A program made the position numbers and the translations under genes. From Mageeibacillus sp. UBA1212 (GTDB taxonomy: Bacteria > Bacillota > Clostridia > UBA1212), in assembly GCA_002309655.1 (NCBI GenBank), contig DBXM01000051.1, positions 2,856 to 66,855 on the forward strand: 64,000 nt of DNA. The letters run 5' to 3'. Shown one piece after another: positions 8,978-18,084 of the stretch (the first letter of the stretch is position 1; every line of letters starts with the position of its first letter). Below the pieces are notes generated by a model. It ran no database searches and was not told where the DNA came from. It saw only the letters and a list, made by a program, of their open reading frames with translations.

Positions 8978-11845
8978 TCATCCTCTTTTTATAACCTTGC
9001 CCGGCTTTCCGCCGACCGATCTCTCGACGTAGCCGTCGTCAACGAGCTTGTCAAAATAGTTCGCGGCCTTATTGTAGCCGATGTTGAACTGCCTCTGGAT
9101 TTTCGAGATCGAGACGTCGTCGCGGGAGATCACGAACTCCACGACCTGCTTGTAGAGGTCCTGCGTGTCGTTCTTCGCGCCGCCCTGCTGTTGGCCCTGT
9201 CCGCCAACTCCCTGGTCTTCGGCGTTGTCGATGGCCTCGACGATGCTGTCGTCGTACTTTCCGCCGGCGGTGTTGCTCTTGATGAAGTTCACGACCGCCT
9301 CGACGGAATCCGTGTCTGTAAAGCCGTTCTGGATCCTCAGCGTCTTGCCCTCCGCGGGCGCGAAGATCATGTCGCCTTTGCCGAGCAGCTTTTCGCCGCC
9401 GGTGGCGTTGAGAATAATCTGCGAGTTGACCTGGTCTGCGACCTTGAGGCAGATTCTGGAAGGAATGTTGGCCTTGATAAGACCGGTCACAACGTCTCTC
9501 GAAGGACGCTGGGTAGCCACGATCAGGTGCATACCGCAGGCGCGCGCCTTCTGCGCAATTCTGTTGATCGCGAATTCAACCGATTTTCCGGCGACCATCA
9601 TAAGGTCGGCCAGCTCGTCGATGAAGATAAGAATCTTCGGCATCGTCTTCCAGCCCTTGCGGACCGCAAGCGCGTTATAGTCGGTAATGTCCTTCACGTT
9701 CCTCTCGGCGAAATACGCGTACCTTCTGTCCATCTCGACCGTCGCCCACGCGAGAGCCGAAGCGGCTTTTTTAGGATCGGTAACGACAGGAAGCAGCAGG
9801 TGCGGCAGTCCGTCGTAGCGCAGGAATTCGACGCTCTTCGGGTCGATCAGAATGAACCTGACCTCGTCCGGCGACGCCTTGAAAAGAATGCTCATGATCA
9901 TTCCGTTCGTGCACACGCTCTTACCGGAGCCGGTGGTACCGCCTATAAGAAGGTGCGGCATCTTTTCGATGTCTGTGACCACCGGGTTGCCGAGAATGTC
10001 CTTGCCCAGCGACGCGGAAACCTTCGAGGAGGAGCGTTTGAAAACGTCAGACGCGATTATCTCTCTCAGGAAGACCGTGGATCTTGCCTTGTTCGGAACC
10101 TCGATGCCCACCGCGCTCTTGCCGGGAATAGGTGCCTCGATCCTGACCGTTTCCGCGGCCAGGTAGAACGCGATCTCGTCCGAAAGCTCCTTTATGCGGT
10201 TCATCCTGATGCCGACCTTGGGAACGATCTCGTAGCGCGTGACGGTCGGACCCACGTAGTAGTTGGTGCAGGTTGCCTCCACGCCGTAGTTTTTGAGAGT
10301 CGCGATAAGCTTTTCTTTGGTTGCGCTGCACTCCGCAAGGCTCGCGTTGTAGGCGGCCGTCTTTGAGGCGCCGTCGTACTTCAGCAGGTCTATCGAAGGC
10401 AGAACGTAGTTTTTATACGTCTCGTTGTTGAGAACGGGAAGATCGTTCGGACCGAAGTGGGCCGGCTTTTTATCCTCGGGCGCGTTGTCCTGTTCTTCTT
10501 CGTTTTTCGAGTCCGCAGTGGCGTCAGCCGTAGCAGTATTCGCGGTTTTGTCATGCTGCGCAGCCGTGTCTTCGCCGCCCGCAGTCGTGAATGCGCCGGC
10601 ATAACCGGACGTGCCGTTGTCCCGCGAAGGCGCCGAAACCGGCTCGCCCAAAGCGTTCTTTTTTCCCGAAGCGTCGGCAAAATCGATACCCGCAAAAGAA
10701 GCCGCGCCTGAGCCGTCGCCCGACTGCATATTTCCGCCTTCACCCGCGGTTGCGTCCTCGCCCGCAAGCGTCGGACTCTTGAAATAATCATCCGCTCCGG
10801 TCAGATCGGCGCCCTCAAACAGGAAGTCGACCTTCCCGCCGTCACCTGAGCCGTCCATTCCGTTCTCGGAGCCGAAAACGTCGCTGCTGGAAGGCGTGCT
10901 GTTCTCGATGTCGTCATCGTCAAAAACGATTCGGCCGACATTCTCCCTCTTCGTGAAGAACTCGTCGGTGTAGTGTTCCTTCGGCTTGTTCTCCTCGTCG
11001 TCTTCGTTGTTCTGTTCGTCCGCTGCGGTCTTCTGGTCGCCGGGCACCGACACGACCTTGATCTGGTCGGTGTTCTCCTGCCTGTTCCTGTCGCGTCCGA
11101 AAAGCTTCTTGAAACCGTTACCGACAGACGTGCCCACCTTGGAGGTGACGTCGCTGACCTTCGTGAAGAACGGCAGCAGCGAGAACTTGAACAGGAGCAT
11201 CGCGAAAATGAGCGTCAGCGGAACCAGCACGACCAGCGCTCCCACTTTTGAAATGGTCGCCAACAACGCCGTCGCCACGCCGCCCGCTATAAGTCCGCCT
11301 CCGAAGGGACTGACCTCGTGCGACTTCCACAGCGACAGAACGAGCGGCAGGAATTTCACCTGACCGTGCTCGGCGATGTAGCTGTCGTAGCAGTTGGAAA
11401 GCGAGTGGAAAAGCGCTGTGAGGAACAGGAAAAAGAAGATCATCGCCGCGGTCGTGCGGCCGGTGAACGTCTGCGACTGGGTGCCTCTCAGGATCGAGAA
11501 CGACAGCACGAGCACCGCGATTAGAAGCAGTATCGTGCCGATAAGTCCGAACACGCCGTAAAGGACCTCTTTAACAAAAGATCCCACCAGCCCCGCCTTC
11601 CCGAGCATACACACGACTACGAAAACGCACACGGAAACCATCACGATCGCGGTGATTTCACGGGTGTTCGCGCTTCTGTGCTTGACGGTAACGCGGGCGT
11701 CCTGCTTTTCCTCCTTCACGCTCTTCTTTTTGTCGGGCGCCTGCGCCTGGGAAGTCTTTTTGGTATTTCCGCCGGATTTCCCGTTCTTTTTCTGCGCCGT
11801 TCCCGATTTGGTATTGGATTTGGTTTTGTTTTTGTCGGTAGCCAT
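8978..11845 (-). CDS. ftsK: DNA translocase FtsK/SpoIIIE.
   Basis: Lys-rich N-terminus, 4-5 TM helices, long acidic disordered linker and ATPase domain with Walker A GGTTGSGKS. C-terminal gamma winged-helix domain. Confidence 0.85.
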   Translation of the reverse strand: MATDKNKTKSNTKSGTAQKKNGKSGGNTKKTSQAQAPDKKKSVKEEKQDARVTVKHRSANTREITAIVMVSVCVFVVVCMLGKAGLVGSFVKEVLYGVFGLIGTILLLIAVLVLSFSILRGTQSQTFTGRTTAAMIFFFLFLTALFHSLSNCYDSYIAEHGQVKFLPLVLSLWKSHEVSPFGGGLIAGGVATALLATISKVGALVVLVPLTLIFAMLLFKFSLLPFFTKVSDVTSKVGTSVGNGFKKLFGRDRNRQENTDQIKVVSVPGDQKTAADEQNNEDDEENKPKEHYTDEFFTKRENVGRIVFDDDDIENSTPSSSDVFGSENGMDGSGDGGKVDFLFEGADLTGADDYFKSPTLAGEDATAGEGGNMQSGDGSGAASFAGIDFADASGKKNALGEPVSAPSRDNGTSGYAGAFTTAGGEDTAAQHDKTANTATADATADSKNEEEQDNAPEDKKPAHFGPNDLPVLNNETYKNYVLPSIDLLKYDGASKTAAYNASLAECSATKEKLIATLKNYGVEATCTNYYVGPTVTRYEIVPKVGIRMNRIKELSDEIAFYLAAETVRIEAPIPGKSAVGIEVPNKARSTVFLREIIASDVFKRSSSKVSASLGKDILGNPVVTDIEKMPHLLIGGTTGSGKSVCTNGMIMSILFKASPDEVRFILIDPKSVEFLRYDGLPHLLLPVVTDPKKAASALAWATVEMDRRYAYFAERNVKDITDYNALAVRKGWKTMPKILIFIDELADLMMVAGKSVEFAINRIAQKARACGMHLIVATQRPSRDVVTGLIKANIPSRICLKVADQVNSQIILNATGGEKLLGKGDMIFAPAEGKTLRIQNGFTDTDSVEAVVNFIKSNTAGGKYDDSIVEAIDNAEDQGVGGQGQQQGGAKNDTQDLYKQVVEFVISRDDVSISKIQRQFNIGYNKAANYFDKLVDDGYVERSVGGKPGKVIKRG

Positions 11846-11967
11846 GTCTTTCCCTTTTATCTTTTGTCTTGCGGTTCGTCCGTGAAGCGTGAATGCCCCA
11901 AGTACGCCGCCTGTTTATTTCCCGGAAAATTTCCGGAAAATGTTTATTTGTGCCGGACTTAAAGTTA

Positions 11968-13050
11968 TTAAATGAAAATGCCGGCAATCGCCGCCTCCGC
12001 GTCTTCAAGCAGAGGCCTTATATAATTCTCGGTCTCGGACCTCGCGAATGCGTCCCGGATTTCGTCGGCGACGCTCTCCTCGAAAGCCGCTCCTTCGGGA
12101 ACGCCCGCCTCAAGGCAGTACAAAGCGTAAAAACCGCCAGCATCCTCGATAACGTACTTCCCGTCCGCTTCATATTCTCCGCAGTCGAAAAACCGTTCAA
12201 GCGCTTCGCCGGCCGCCACGGACGAATCCGTTCCGGATTTGTCGTAGAAAAACACCGCGTCCTCGGACTTTCCGTCGCTTTCCGAGTACTTTTCGACGAA
12301 AGCTGTCATGTCCTCCGCCGAAGAAACCTCCGCGAGAACGCCTTTCAGCCACTCAGTAAAAGCGGCCGCGTCTCTCGTTTTTCCCTGCGCGTCTGCGGGT
12401 TTGAAATACGCGTACGCGAACACCGCCGAAAAGAACCTGTCCCTGTTTTCTTCAACATACTTCGCGACCGCCCCGCTTCCTGCGTCCGCTTTGGAGGCGA
12501 GCTTTTCAGCCAGCAGTTCTGTGCGCTTCAGCATTGCCGCGAACGCAGCGAATTCATCTTTCGTCACGCCGTTCGAGCCTTTCGAAAACTCGTCCTCGCT
12601 TCCTTCGAAGTCCGAAGCCTCATACGCTGCGGAAACTTCTTTCAGCGCGTTTTCGTACGCCGCCGTAACCGCGGGGTCGTCGTCCTTCACGCCTTCCTTT
12701 TGGCACATCGAAATCTCGGCGGCAAGTCCGGCTGCGGCGCGCGCGGCCGTAAATCTTGAGTCAGTCTGAGTTTCTTCGCCCCCCGCGTTATTTCCGGAAA
12801 ATCTCGACAGCAGCGCGTCGTGTTCTCCGGTTCCGTTCCCGATCAGGAACAGGAACCTCTCATAGCAGAACTCGTAAACCGGCGTACCGTCCGAAAGCTT
12901 GAACAGCACCGCTTTTTCGCTGTTTTCAGAGTTTTCCGCCGTCGGTTCCGGATTGTTCCCCTTGCCGGCACACCCCGCAAGCAGCGCAATTACAGTAACG
13001 ACGGCCAGCGCGGTAAGCAGGCAGTTTAAAACCGTTTTTCTGAAGTTCAA
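11968..13050 (-). CDS. Hypothetical lipoprotein.
   Basis: Signal peptide with lipobox LLAGC. Alanine- and glutamate-rich helical protein with no recognised domain. Confidence 0.5.
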   Translation of the reverse strand: MNFRKTVLNCLLTALAVVTVIALLAGCAGKGNNPEPTAENSENSEKAVLFKLSDGTPVYEFCYERFLFLIGNGTGEHDALLSRFSGNNAGGEETQTDSRFTAARAAAGLAAEISMCQKEGVKDDDPAVTAAYENALKEVSAAYEASDFEGSEDEFSKGSNGVTKDEFAAFAAMLKRTELLAEKLASKADAGSGAVAKYVEENRDRFFSAVFAYAYFKPADAQGKTRDAAAFTEWLKGVLAEVSSAEDMTAFVEKYSESDGKSEDAVFFYDKSGTDSSVAAGEALERFFDCGEYEADGKYVIEDAGGFYALYCLEAGVPEGAAFEESVADEIRDAFARSETENYIRPLLEDAEAAIAGIFI

Positions 13051-13075
13051 CGTCGCTCACCCGCCTTTCCGCCGC

Positions 13076-14332
13076 TTACGGCAGCACAAACTCGTAACCC
13101 TGCGACCTGGCGTAATCGATGAACCACCCGAGATTTGCGGTCGTAAGTTCAGACGTCGAGTGGAGGTACAATATGCACCCGGGGAAAAGCGCCGTCTTAA
13201 GGATCTCCTTCCCCTGCTCGATTGAAGGCTCTTTCGACGCGTCGTAGTCCATGTACGCGAACGTCCAGAACACCGTCTTGTACCCGAGGTACTCCGCCAG
13301 CACAATGTCGCGCTTAGAAGTCGAGCCGGACGGCGGCCTGAAATAGACCAGGTTGTAGGAATACCCGAGCTTTGCGTCAAGCCTCCGCTTGAAGTTGTTC
13401 ATCTCGTTCACGAACGTCTCGCGCGACTCGAACGGCAGCTTGATGTGCCTGTCGCCATGCGAACCGATGATGTGACCTTCGTTCACGATTCTCGGCACGA
13501 ACCTTCCTGACGAGGTCCATATGAACCCGCCTGTCAGGAAGAAGATCGCCTTCACGTTCTTGGCTTTGAGCGTGTTGAGAACGGTATCCATCGTGCCATC
13601 GTCGTAGCCGGCCGTGAACGTTAAACAAATCTTTTTCTCGGTGCTCGTTGGCAGTCTGTCAAAAGAATTATGCTGCGCGATGAAGCCAAGCGACTCCTGA
13701 CCGCGGTCCCATATTGCGACCCTCTGCCCGTTTTGATACGTGAACCTGCCGCACGACCACTCGGCAGAACTGGGATTTGTATCGGCGAAAAACTCGCTCG
13801 AAAGCCCGTTCAGCACCGAAAAGTCGAATTCGCTCGGCTCAATGATCTGCGCACCGCCACCCGGAACAGCCGTCCTCAAAGTGCCGGGAACCGGCGTCGG
13901 CGTTGGCGTCGGCGTAGGTGTGGGCGTAGGAGTAGGTGTGGGCGTAGGAGTCGAGGTTGGCGTCGGCGTGGGAGTCGGCGTAGGTGTAGGTGTAGGCGTT
14001 GGAGTGGAGGTTGGCGTCGGCGTCGGAGTAGGCGTCTCCGTGGGCGTGGGCGTCGGCGTCGGTTCCGGAGTCGGAACTTCGGTCGGCTCGGGCGTCTCCT
14101 CTATAAAAGGCGTTTCAGTCGCGTCCGTTTTATCCGTATCCGCCGCAAGAACGTCGCCCTTCTGCCTTTGCGGGTCGTTCTCCCTTCCCGTAGCATCCGC
14201 GCTGTCCGCCCTGAAAGTTCCTGATACAATCATGAACACAACAACGGCAACGGCAGCAGCAGCCCCCGCCGCCGACAATATTGATTTGAGCCGGTTCAAA
14301 CCGTTCTCCATAAATCTCCTCCGCTCAGTCAC
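13076..14332 (-). CDS. Membrane-anchored polysaccharide deacetylase (NodB-homology, PdaA-like) with a (TP)n linker.
   Basis: N-terminal TM, about 40-residue TPTPTP linker and NodB motifs ([25 protein letters not shown]). Confidence 0.7.
   Translation of the reverse strand: MTERRRFMENGLNRLKSILSAAGAAAAVAVVVFMIVSGTFRADSADATGRENDPQRQKGDVLAADTDKTDATETPFIEETPEPTEVPTPEPTPTPTPTETPTPTPTPTSTPTPTPTPTPTPTPTPTSTPTPTPTPTPTPTPTPTPTPVPGTLRTAVPGGGAQIIEPSEFDFSVLNGLSSEFFADTNPSSAEWSCGRFTYQNGQRVAIWDRGQESLGFIAQHNSFDRLPTSTEKKICLTFTAGYDDGTMDTVLNTLKAKNVKAIFFLTGGFIWTSSGRFVPRIVNEGHIIGSHGDRHIKLPFESRETFVNEMNNFKRRLDAKLGYSYNLVYFRPPSGSTSKRDIVLAEYLGYKTVFWTFAYMDYDASKEPSIEQGKEILKTALFPGCILYLHSTSELTTANLGWFIDYARSQGYEFVLP
13880..14070 (-). 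repeat. Coding hexanucleotide-type repeat (GGNGTNGG-like tracts) encoding the (TP)n linker.
   Basis: Runs of ggcgtcggcgtaggtgtgggcgtagg on the plus strand. A similar tract recurs at 16262-16345 and 60085-60185. Confidence 0.7.
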
Positions 14333-14338
14333 GCCCGC

Positions 14339-15037
14339 TCAGTCGGCAAGCACCGTGAGCCTGAAACTTCTAACCACGTCCTCGATATCGCTCTTGAACA
14401 TGGCAAATTCTTCCGTTTTATCGTAGGTCACCATCACCATGTAGCAGCACTTCGGCCTTTTTGCACAGTAGATGTAACCGTAAATGTTCGCTTCGTCGCC
14501 GTACCCTTTAAAATACGACGAATATAGGTCGGTATTCTCGCTTCCGACGTTGATAACGTCCGCAGTCGTGAACTGAAACCCGGAATAATCGTCCGAAAAC
14601 AGCCCCTCGCGAATGCGCTTCTCCCAGTCCTCAAGAACCTTCTGAAGCGTCATCTCGCCGTAGTCGACGCCCTCCTCCGCAAGGTAGTAAAACCTGATTT
14701 TCACGCCGTCGTACTTCTGCAGCGAGAACACCACACCGTCAATATCCTTCGTGGCCACCGCCGGCGTCAGCACCGAAACCAGCCCTGTCTCCCGGTCCAT
14801 AAAGAAGCCGCCCTGCCCCTTTTCGGCAGACCAGTCTTCCGGGTAGTCGTACCTGAAGAAGTACCTCGAAGCGTTGAACGTGAGCTTGCCCTCCGGCGGC
14901 TTGTCGTCGATCACCCTCTCAAGCTCCTTGATGACCGGCCAGCTGAAAGCCAGCACGACGGCAATAACAAGAATCAGCAGGAACACGAACCGCTTCCCGC
15001 CTGTGTTGTTGTGTTTAACTTCTCCGTCGTTTTTCAC
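14339..15037 (-). CDS. Hypothetical membrane-anchored protein with a GTG start. Paralogue of the 29361..30101 lipoprotein.
   Basis: GTG at 15037 preceded by aaggaggg SD about 9 nt upstream. One N-terminal TM. Shares DRETGLVSVLTPAVATKDIDG with DRDTGLILVMAPLVSTIDDDG of the 29361..30101 product. Confidence 0.5.
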   Translation of the reverse strand: MKNDGEVKHNNTGGKRFVFLLILVIAVVLAFSWPVIKELERVIDDKPPEGKLTFNASRYFFRYDYPEDWSAEKGQGGFFMDRETGLVSVLTPAVATKDIDGVVFSLQKYDGVKIRFYYLAEEGVDYGEMTLQKVLEDWEKRIREGLFSDDYSGFQFTTADVINVGSENTDLYSSYFKGYGDEANIYGYIYCAKRPKCCYMVMVTYDKTEEFAMFKSDIEDVVRSFRLTVLAD

Positions 15038-15112
15038 GGGACGTGTTCCCTCCTTTCGGGAATGAGTTTAATGATGAATGTGAGGTGAAATCACCCTCAC
15101 CGCAAACAAGCT

Positions 15113-15452
15113 ATGTCAAAGCGCTAAGTTTTGAGCTATTTTTGCTCGTGCAAACCCGAAGCTGTATGAATATACTGCGAGAGGTTTGCACAAGCAAAGC
15201 AATTCGCTCAGCAATTCGTCGTCAGACACATTAGTCTGATTCTTTTCGAGCGAATTGCGTAAAGAGCCCGGAATCCGCTTTTAAATGAAAACGCTTAGTT
15301 TCGAGCTATTTTTGCGCGTACGGGTCCGAAGGTGTACAAGTGTACTCCGAGAGGCCCGTCCGCGCAAAGCAATTTGCCGAGCAATTGCCACTGGCACCTT
15401 ATTTTCACTCTTATACGGCAAATTGCGTAAAGAGCCGAAAGAAAGCGTTTTC
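15113..15452. repeat. Two tandem ~170-bp intergenic units, each predicted to form two conserved stem-loops. Candidate structured RNA of unknown class.
   Basis: Unit 1 spans 15113-15282 and unit 2 spans 15283-15452. Stem A pairs 15144-15156 with 15183-15195 in unit 1 and 15314-15326 with 15353-15365 in unit 2; the AAA/TTT pairs become GGG/CCC. Stem B pairs 15199-15209 with 15248-15258 in unit 1 and 15369-15379 with 15416-15426 in unit 2 (gcaattcgctc/gagcgaattgc versus gcaatttgccg/cggcaaattgc). Conserved unpaired gcgtaaagagcc follows each stem B. Confidence 0.4.
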
Positions 15453-15453
15453 A

Positions 15454-16683
15454 TTAGTGGTCGATGCGGCGGATTTCATAACCCTCCGCGCGGATATAAT
15501 CGATCAAATCGCCCAGCACCGTTGCGTTCGTTGACGAGACAGCGTGCAGCAGGTATACGCAGCCGGGGTGCAGCGTATCCTTCATTTTCTGCAGCGACGC
15601 AGCAGGTTCAGGCTGGGCAGTTGGCTCGTAGTCGCCGTAGGCGAACGACCAGAATACCGAGTAGTATCCGAGGTAGCTTGCGAGCGCAAGGTCTCTCGGG
15701 CAGCTGGCGCCCTGGGGCGGCCTGAAGAAAAGCATTGTAAAGTCGTCGCCGAGAACCTTCTTGAGCTTCCTGTAGACGGAGTTGAGCTCCTCCACAAATT
15801 CCTCGTTGGAGAGCGTCGGCATGACCTTGTGGTGTTCCGTGTGAGAGCCGATAAGGTGCCCTTCGGCGAGCATGCGCTTCATAATGGGAAGAGTCTTGCT
15901 GCCCTCGTCGACGAAGCCGCCGGTCACGAAGAAGATCGCCTGAACGTTCTTAGCCTTAAGGGTGTCGAGAATCTTCTCGGTGTTGCCGTTTTCATATCCG
16001 CAGTCGAAGGTCAGATAGCAGACCTTCTGATCGGTGTTCTTGCGGTAGATGCCGCCGTAGTTTCTGAGGTAGTTGAGCGTGCTCTGGTAGCGGTCCCAGG
16101 GATAGGTGACGTTGCCGTTGGCGTCGCGTTTGACGGCGCCCGGATACCAGTCGAAGCTTCCGTCGGAGCAGTCCTCGAACGCGGTTCTGGGAATGTCATC
16201 CAGGAACGAGAAGTCGATATCGGCGGGGTCAATGATTCTCGCTGCGACGTCGTCGATTCCGTGAGGCGTTGTAGGATTTGAAGCCGTGGGAGCCGGTGTG
16301 GGGGTAGGCGTCGGAGTCGGCGTCGGCGTGGGAGTCGGCGTCGGCGTAGGGGTAGGCGTGGAAGTCGTGCTTCCCGTCTCCGGAGGAACGTCAGTCGCCG
16401 GATTTACGTCGGGAGTAGTTTCCCCGGGAACGGCGGTTTCGTCGCCCTGAGGCAGCGGAGTGGCTTCCGCGGATTCGGTATTGTCCGCCGGAGCTTCTGT
16501 CGGGGTGGCAATCGCCACGTCGTCTGTTGGCGACGGGTTGTTCCTGTTCTTGCCGGTTTTAACCAGCGCCGCGATTTCGACGCCGATAAAGATGGCAAGA
16601 ATGAGGATGATTATGATCATAAAAGTCGACTTTTTGTTGCCGCTGAATTTTGAACCTTTAACGTTTTTATCATTTGCATTCAT
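15454..16683 (-). CDS. Membrane-anchored polysaccharide deacetylase (second PdaA-like paralogue) with a (TP)n linker.
   Basis: N-terminal TM, TPTPTP linker, NodB motifs (CYLTFDCGYENG, HLIGSHTEHH, RPPQG). Confidence 0.7.
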   Translation of the reverse strand: MNANDKNVKGSKFSGNKKSTFMIIIILILAIFIGVEIAALVKTGKNRNNPSPTDDVAIATPTEAPADNTESAEATPLPQGDETAVPGETTPDVNPATDVPPETGSTTSTPTPTPTPTPTPTPTPTPTPTPAPTASNPTTPHGIDDVAARIIDPADIDFSFLDDIPRTAFEDCSDGSFDWYPGAVKRDANGNVTYPWDRYQSTLNYLRNYGGIYRKNTDQKVCYLTFDCGYENGNTEKILDTLKAKNVQAIFFVTGGFVDEGSKTLPIMKRMLAEGHLIGSHTEHHKVMPTLSNEEFVEELNSVYRKLKKVLGDDFTMLFFRPPQGASCPRDLALASYLGYYSVFWSFAYGDYEPTAQPEPAASLQKMKDTLHPGCVYLLHAVSSTNATVLGDLIDYIRAEGYEIRRIDH

Positions 16684-16893
16684 AATTAAATACCCCCGGG
16701 GCGTTTGTTATGCGTGAACAGAAACATGAAAGCCTCTTATTTGCATACACATTTATTATACACCTTTTGTGCCGGCAGTTCAAGTATTTATATATACGCG
16801 CAAAATAAAGGCGGGCCCTCCGCGCCGCGACAGAAGACGCTCAGGTCCGCCCTTCAAAATTATCCGGTTTCAAGTCCGCCGCGAGGCCTTCCT

Positions 16894-17928
16894 TTAGGCG
16901 TTCTCGACCACTTTAACGACCCAGCCCTCGGGCCCCGGAATCCTTCCCATCTGGATGCCGGTAAGCGTGTCGTAAAGTTTCTGCAGCACGGGTCCCATTT
17001 TCTCCATGCCACTCGGGAATTCGATGACGCCGCCGTCGTAGGTGATTTTTCCGACAGGCGAGATGACGGCGGCCGTTCCGCACAGACCGCACTCCGCGAA
17101 GTCCTTCACCTCGGTGAACGGAATCTCGCGCTCCTCCGCCTTCATTCCCAGAATTTCGCTTGCGACGTAAACGAGCGAGCGCCTTGTGATTGACGGCAGG
17201 ATCGTGGTGGATTTGGGAGTGACAATCGTTCCGTCCTTCGTGACGAAGATAAAGTTCGCTCCGCCGGTCTCCTCGACGTGGGTTCTGGTTGCGGCGTCAA
17301 GGTACATGTTCTCGTTGAAGCCGAGCTCGTGGGCGTGTTCGATTGCGTAAAGACTCATCGCGTAGTTGAGGCCCGCTTTCACGTGGCCGGTTCCGTGAGG
17401 CGCAGCGCGGTCGAAGTCGCTGACCATCAGGCTGACGGGTTTCGCGCCGCCTTTAAAATACGGTCCGACCGGAGAGACGAAAATTCTGAACTCGTACTCG
17501 ACGGCGGGTTTGACGCCGAGTACGGGACTTGTTGCAAAAAGAACGGGTCTCACGTAAAGCGTAGCGCCCGAGCCGTAAGGCGGCACGTAGTCGGCGTTCG
17601 CTTTGATGACTTCTTTAACAGCCTCAATGAAGCGGTCCTCCGGGAATACGGGAATGCAGAGCCTTCTGGCGCTCTCGGCAATTCTCGCGGCGTTCAGGTC
17701 GGGCCTGAAGCAGACGATGTCGCCCTTCTCGGTCCGGTAGGCCTTAAGGCCCTCGAAACACGTCTGAGCGTACTGAATGACGCCGGCTGACTCGTTGATT
17801 ACGACGTTCGGGTCGCCGGACATTCTACCCTCGTCCCACTTGCCGTCTTTGTATTCGGAGACAAACCTGAAAGGCGTTGTTCTGTACTGAAATCCGATGT
17901 TCGGCCAATCCATTTCAACTGTTGACAT
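16894..17928 (-). CDS. ilvE: Branched-chain amino acid aminotransferase.
   Basis: Class IV aminotransferase blocks (YAQTCFEGLKAYR, ...EETGGANFIFV..., GTAAVISPVG). Confidence 0.85.
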   Translation of the reverse strand: MSTVEMDWPNIGFQYRTTPFRFVSEYKDGKWDEGRMSGDPNVVINESAGVIQYAQTCFEGLKAYRTEKGDIVCFRPDLNAARIAESARRLCIPVFPEDRFIEAVKEVIKANADYVPPYGSGATLYVRPVLFATSPVLGVKPAVEYEFRIFVSPVGPYFKGGAKPVSLMVSDFDRAAPHGTGHVKAGLNYAMSLYAIEHAHELGFNENMYLDAATRTHVEETGGANFIFVTKDGTIVTPKSTTILPSITRRSLVYVASEILGMKAEEREIPFTEVKDFAECGLCGTAAVISPVGKITYDGGVIEFPSGMEKMGPVLQKLYDTLTGIQMGRIPGPEGWVVKVVENA

Positions 17929-17947
17929 AATGTTTCACTCCCTGCTT

Positions 17948-17986
17948 TGCTTAAAAAATCAAAGCCCCGGGCTGCCCCGGGGCGTC
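17948..17986 (-). terminator. Rho-independent terminator downstream of plsY, 20 nt upstream of the ilvE RBS.
   Basis: Minus-strand gccccggg-gcag-cccggggc hairpin followed by tttgatttttt. Confidence 0.5.
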
Positions 17987-18084
17987 CGTGAAGCGGTACT
18001 TACCGCCGCTTCTTTATTCTAACACTCATTTGCGGCCGTGTCAACGGCAAGAGTTTGCTGAAAGCGCTTTCGGCGGACCGCCTT

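Noticed and set aside
8918-10366. Long plus-strand ORF (482 aa) and many other 60-400-aa ORFs antisense to annotated genes (for example 1071..1595, 1729..2415, 15544..16281, 20371..21486, 22304..23608, 41981..43156, 56059..57813, 59112..60143).
   Set aside because: They lie antisense to genes with clear homology-type motifs and are Arg/Ala/Gly-rich low-complexity translations, as expected from high GC. They have no SD or start context, so they are spurious.
13740-14426. Plus-strand ORF translating to a GVGVGV repeat.
   Set aside because: It is the antisense reading of the (TP)n linker-coding repeat of the deacetylase gene.
15140-15200. Possible c-di-GMP-I (GEMM) riboswitch, because of GCAAACC and GCAAAGC strings.
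   Set aside because: In GEMM these strings sit in a different helical context: a GNRA tetraloop and receptor with P1/P2 topology. Here GCAAACC pairs directly with a downstream GGTTTGC, and the second copy replaces it with GGG/CCC. It does not fit the GEMM consensus, so I kept it as an unknown structured element.
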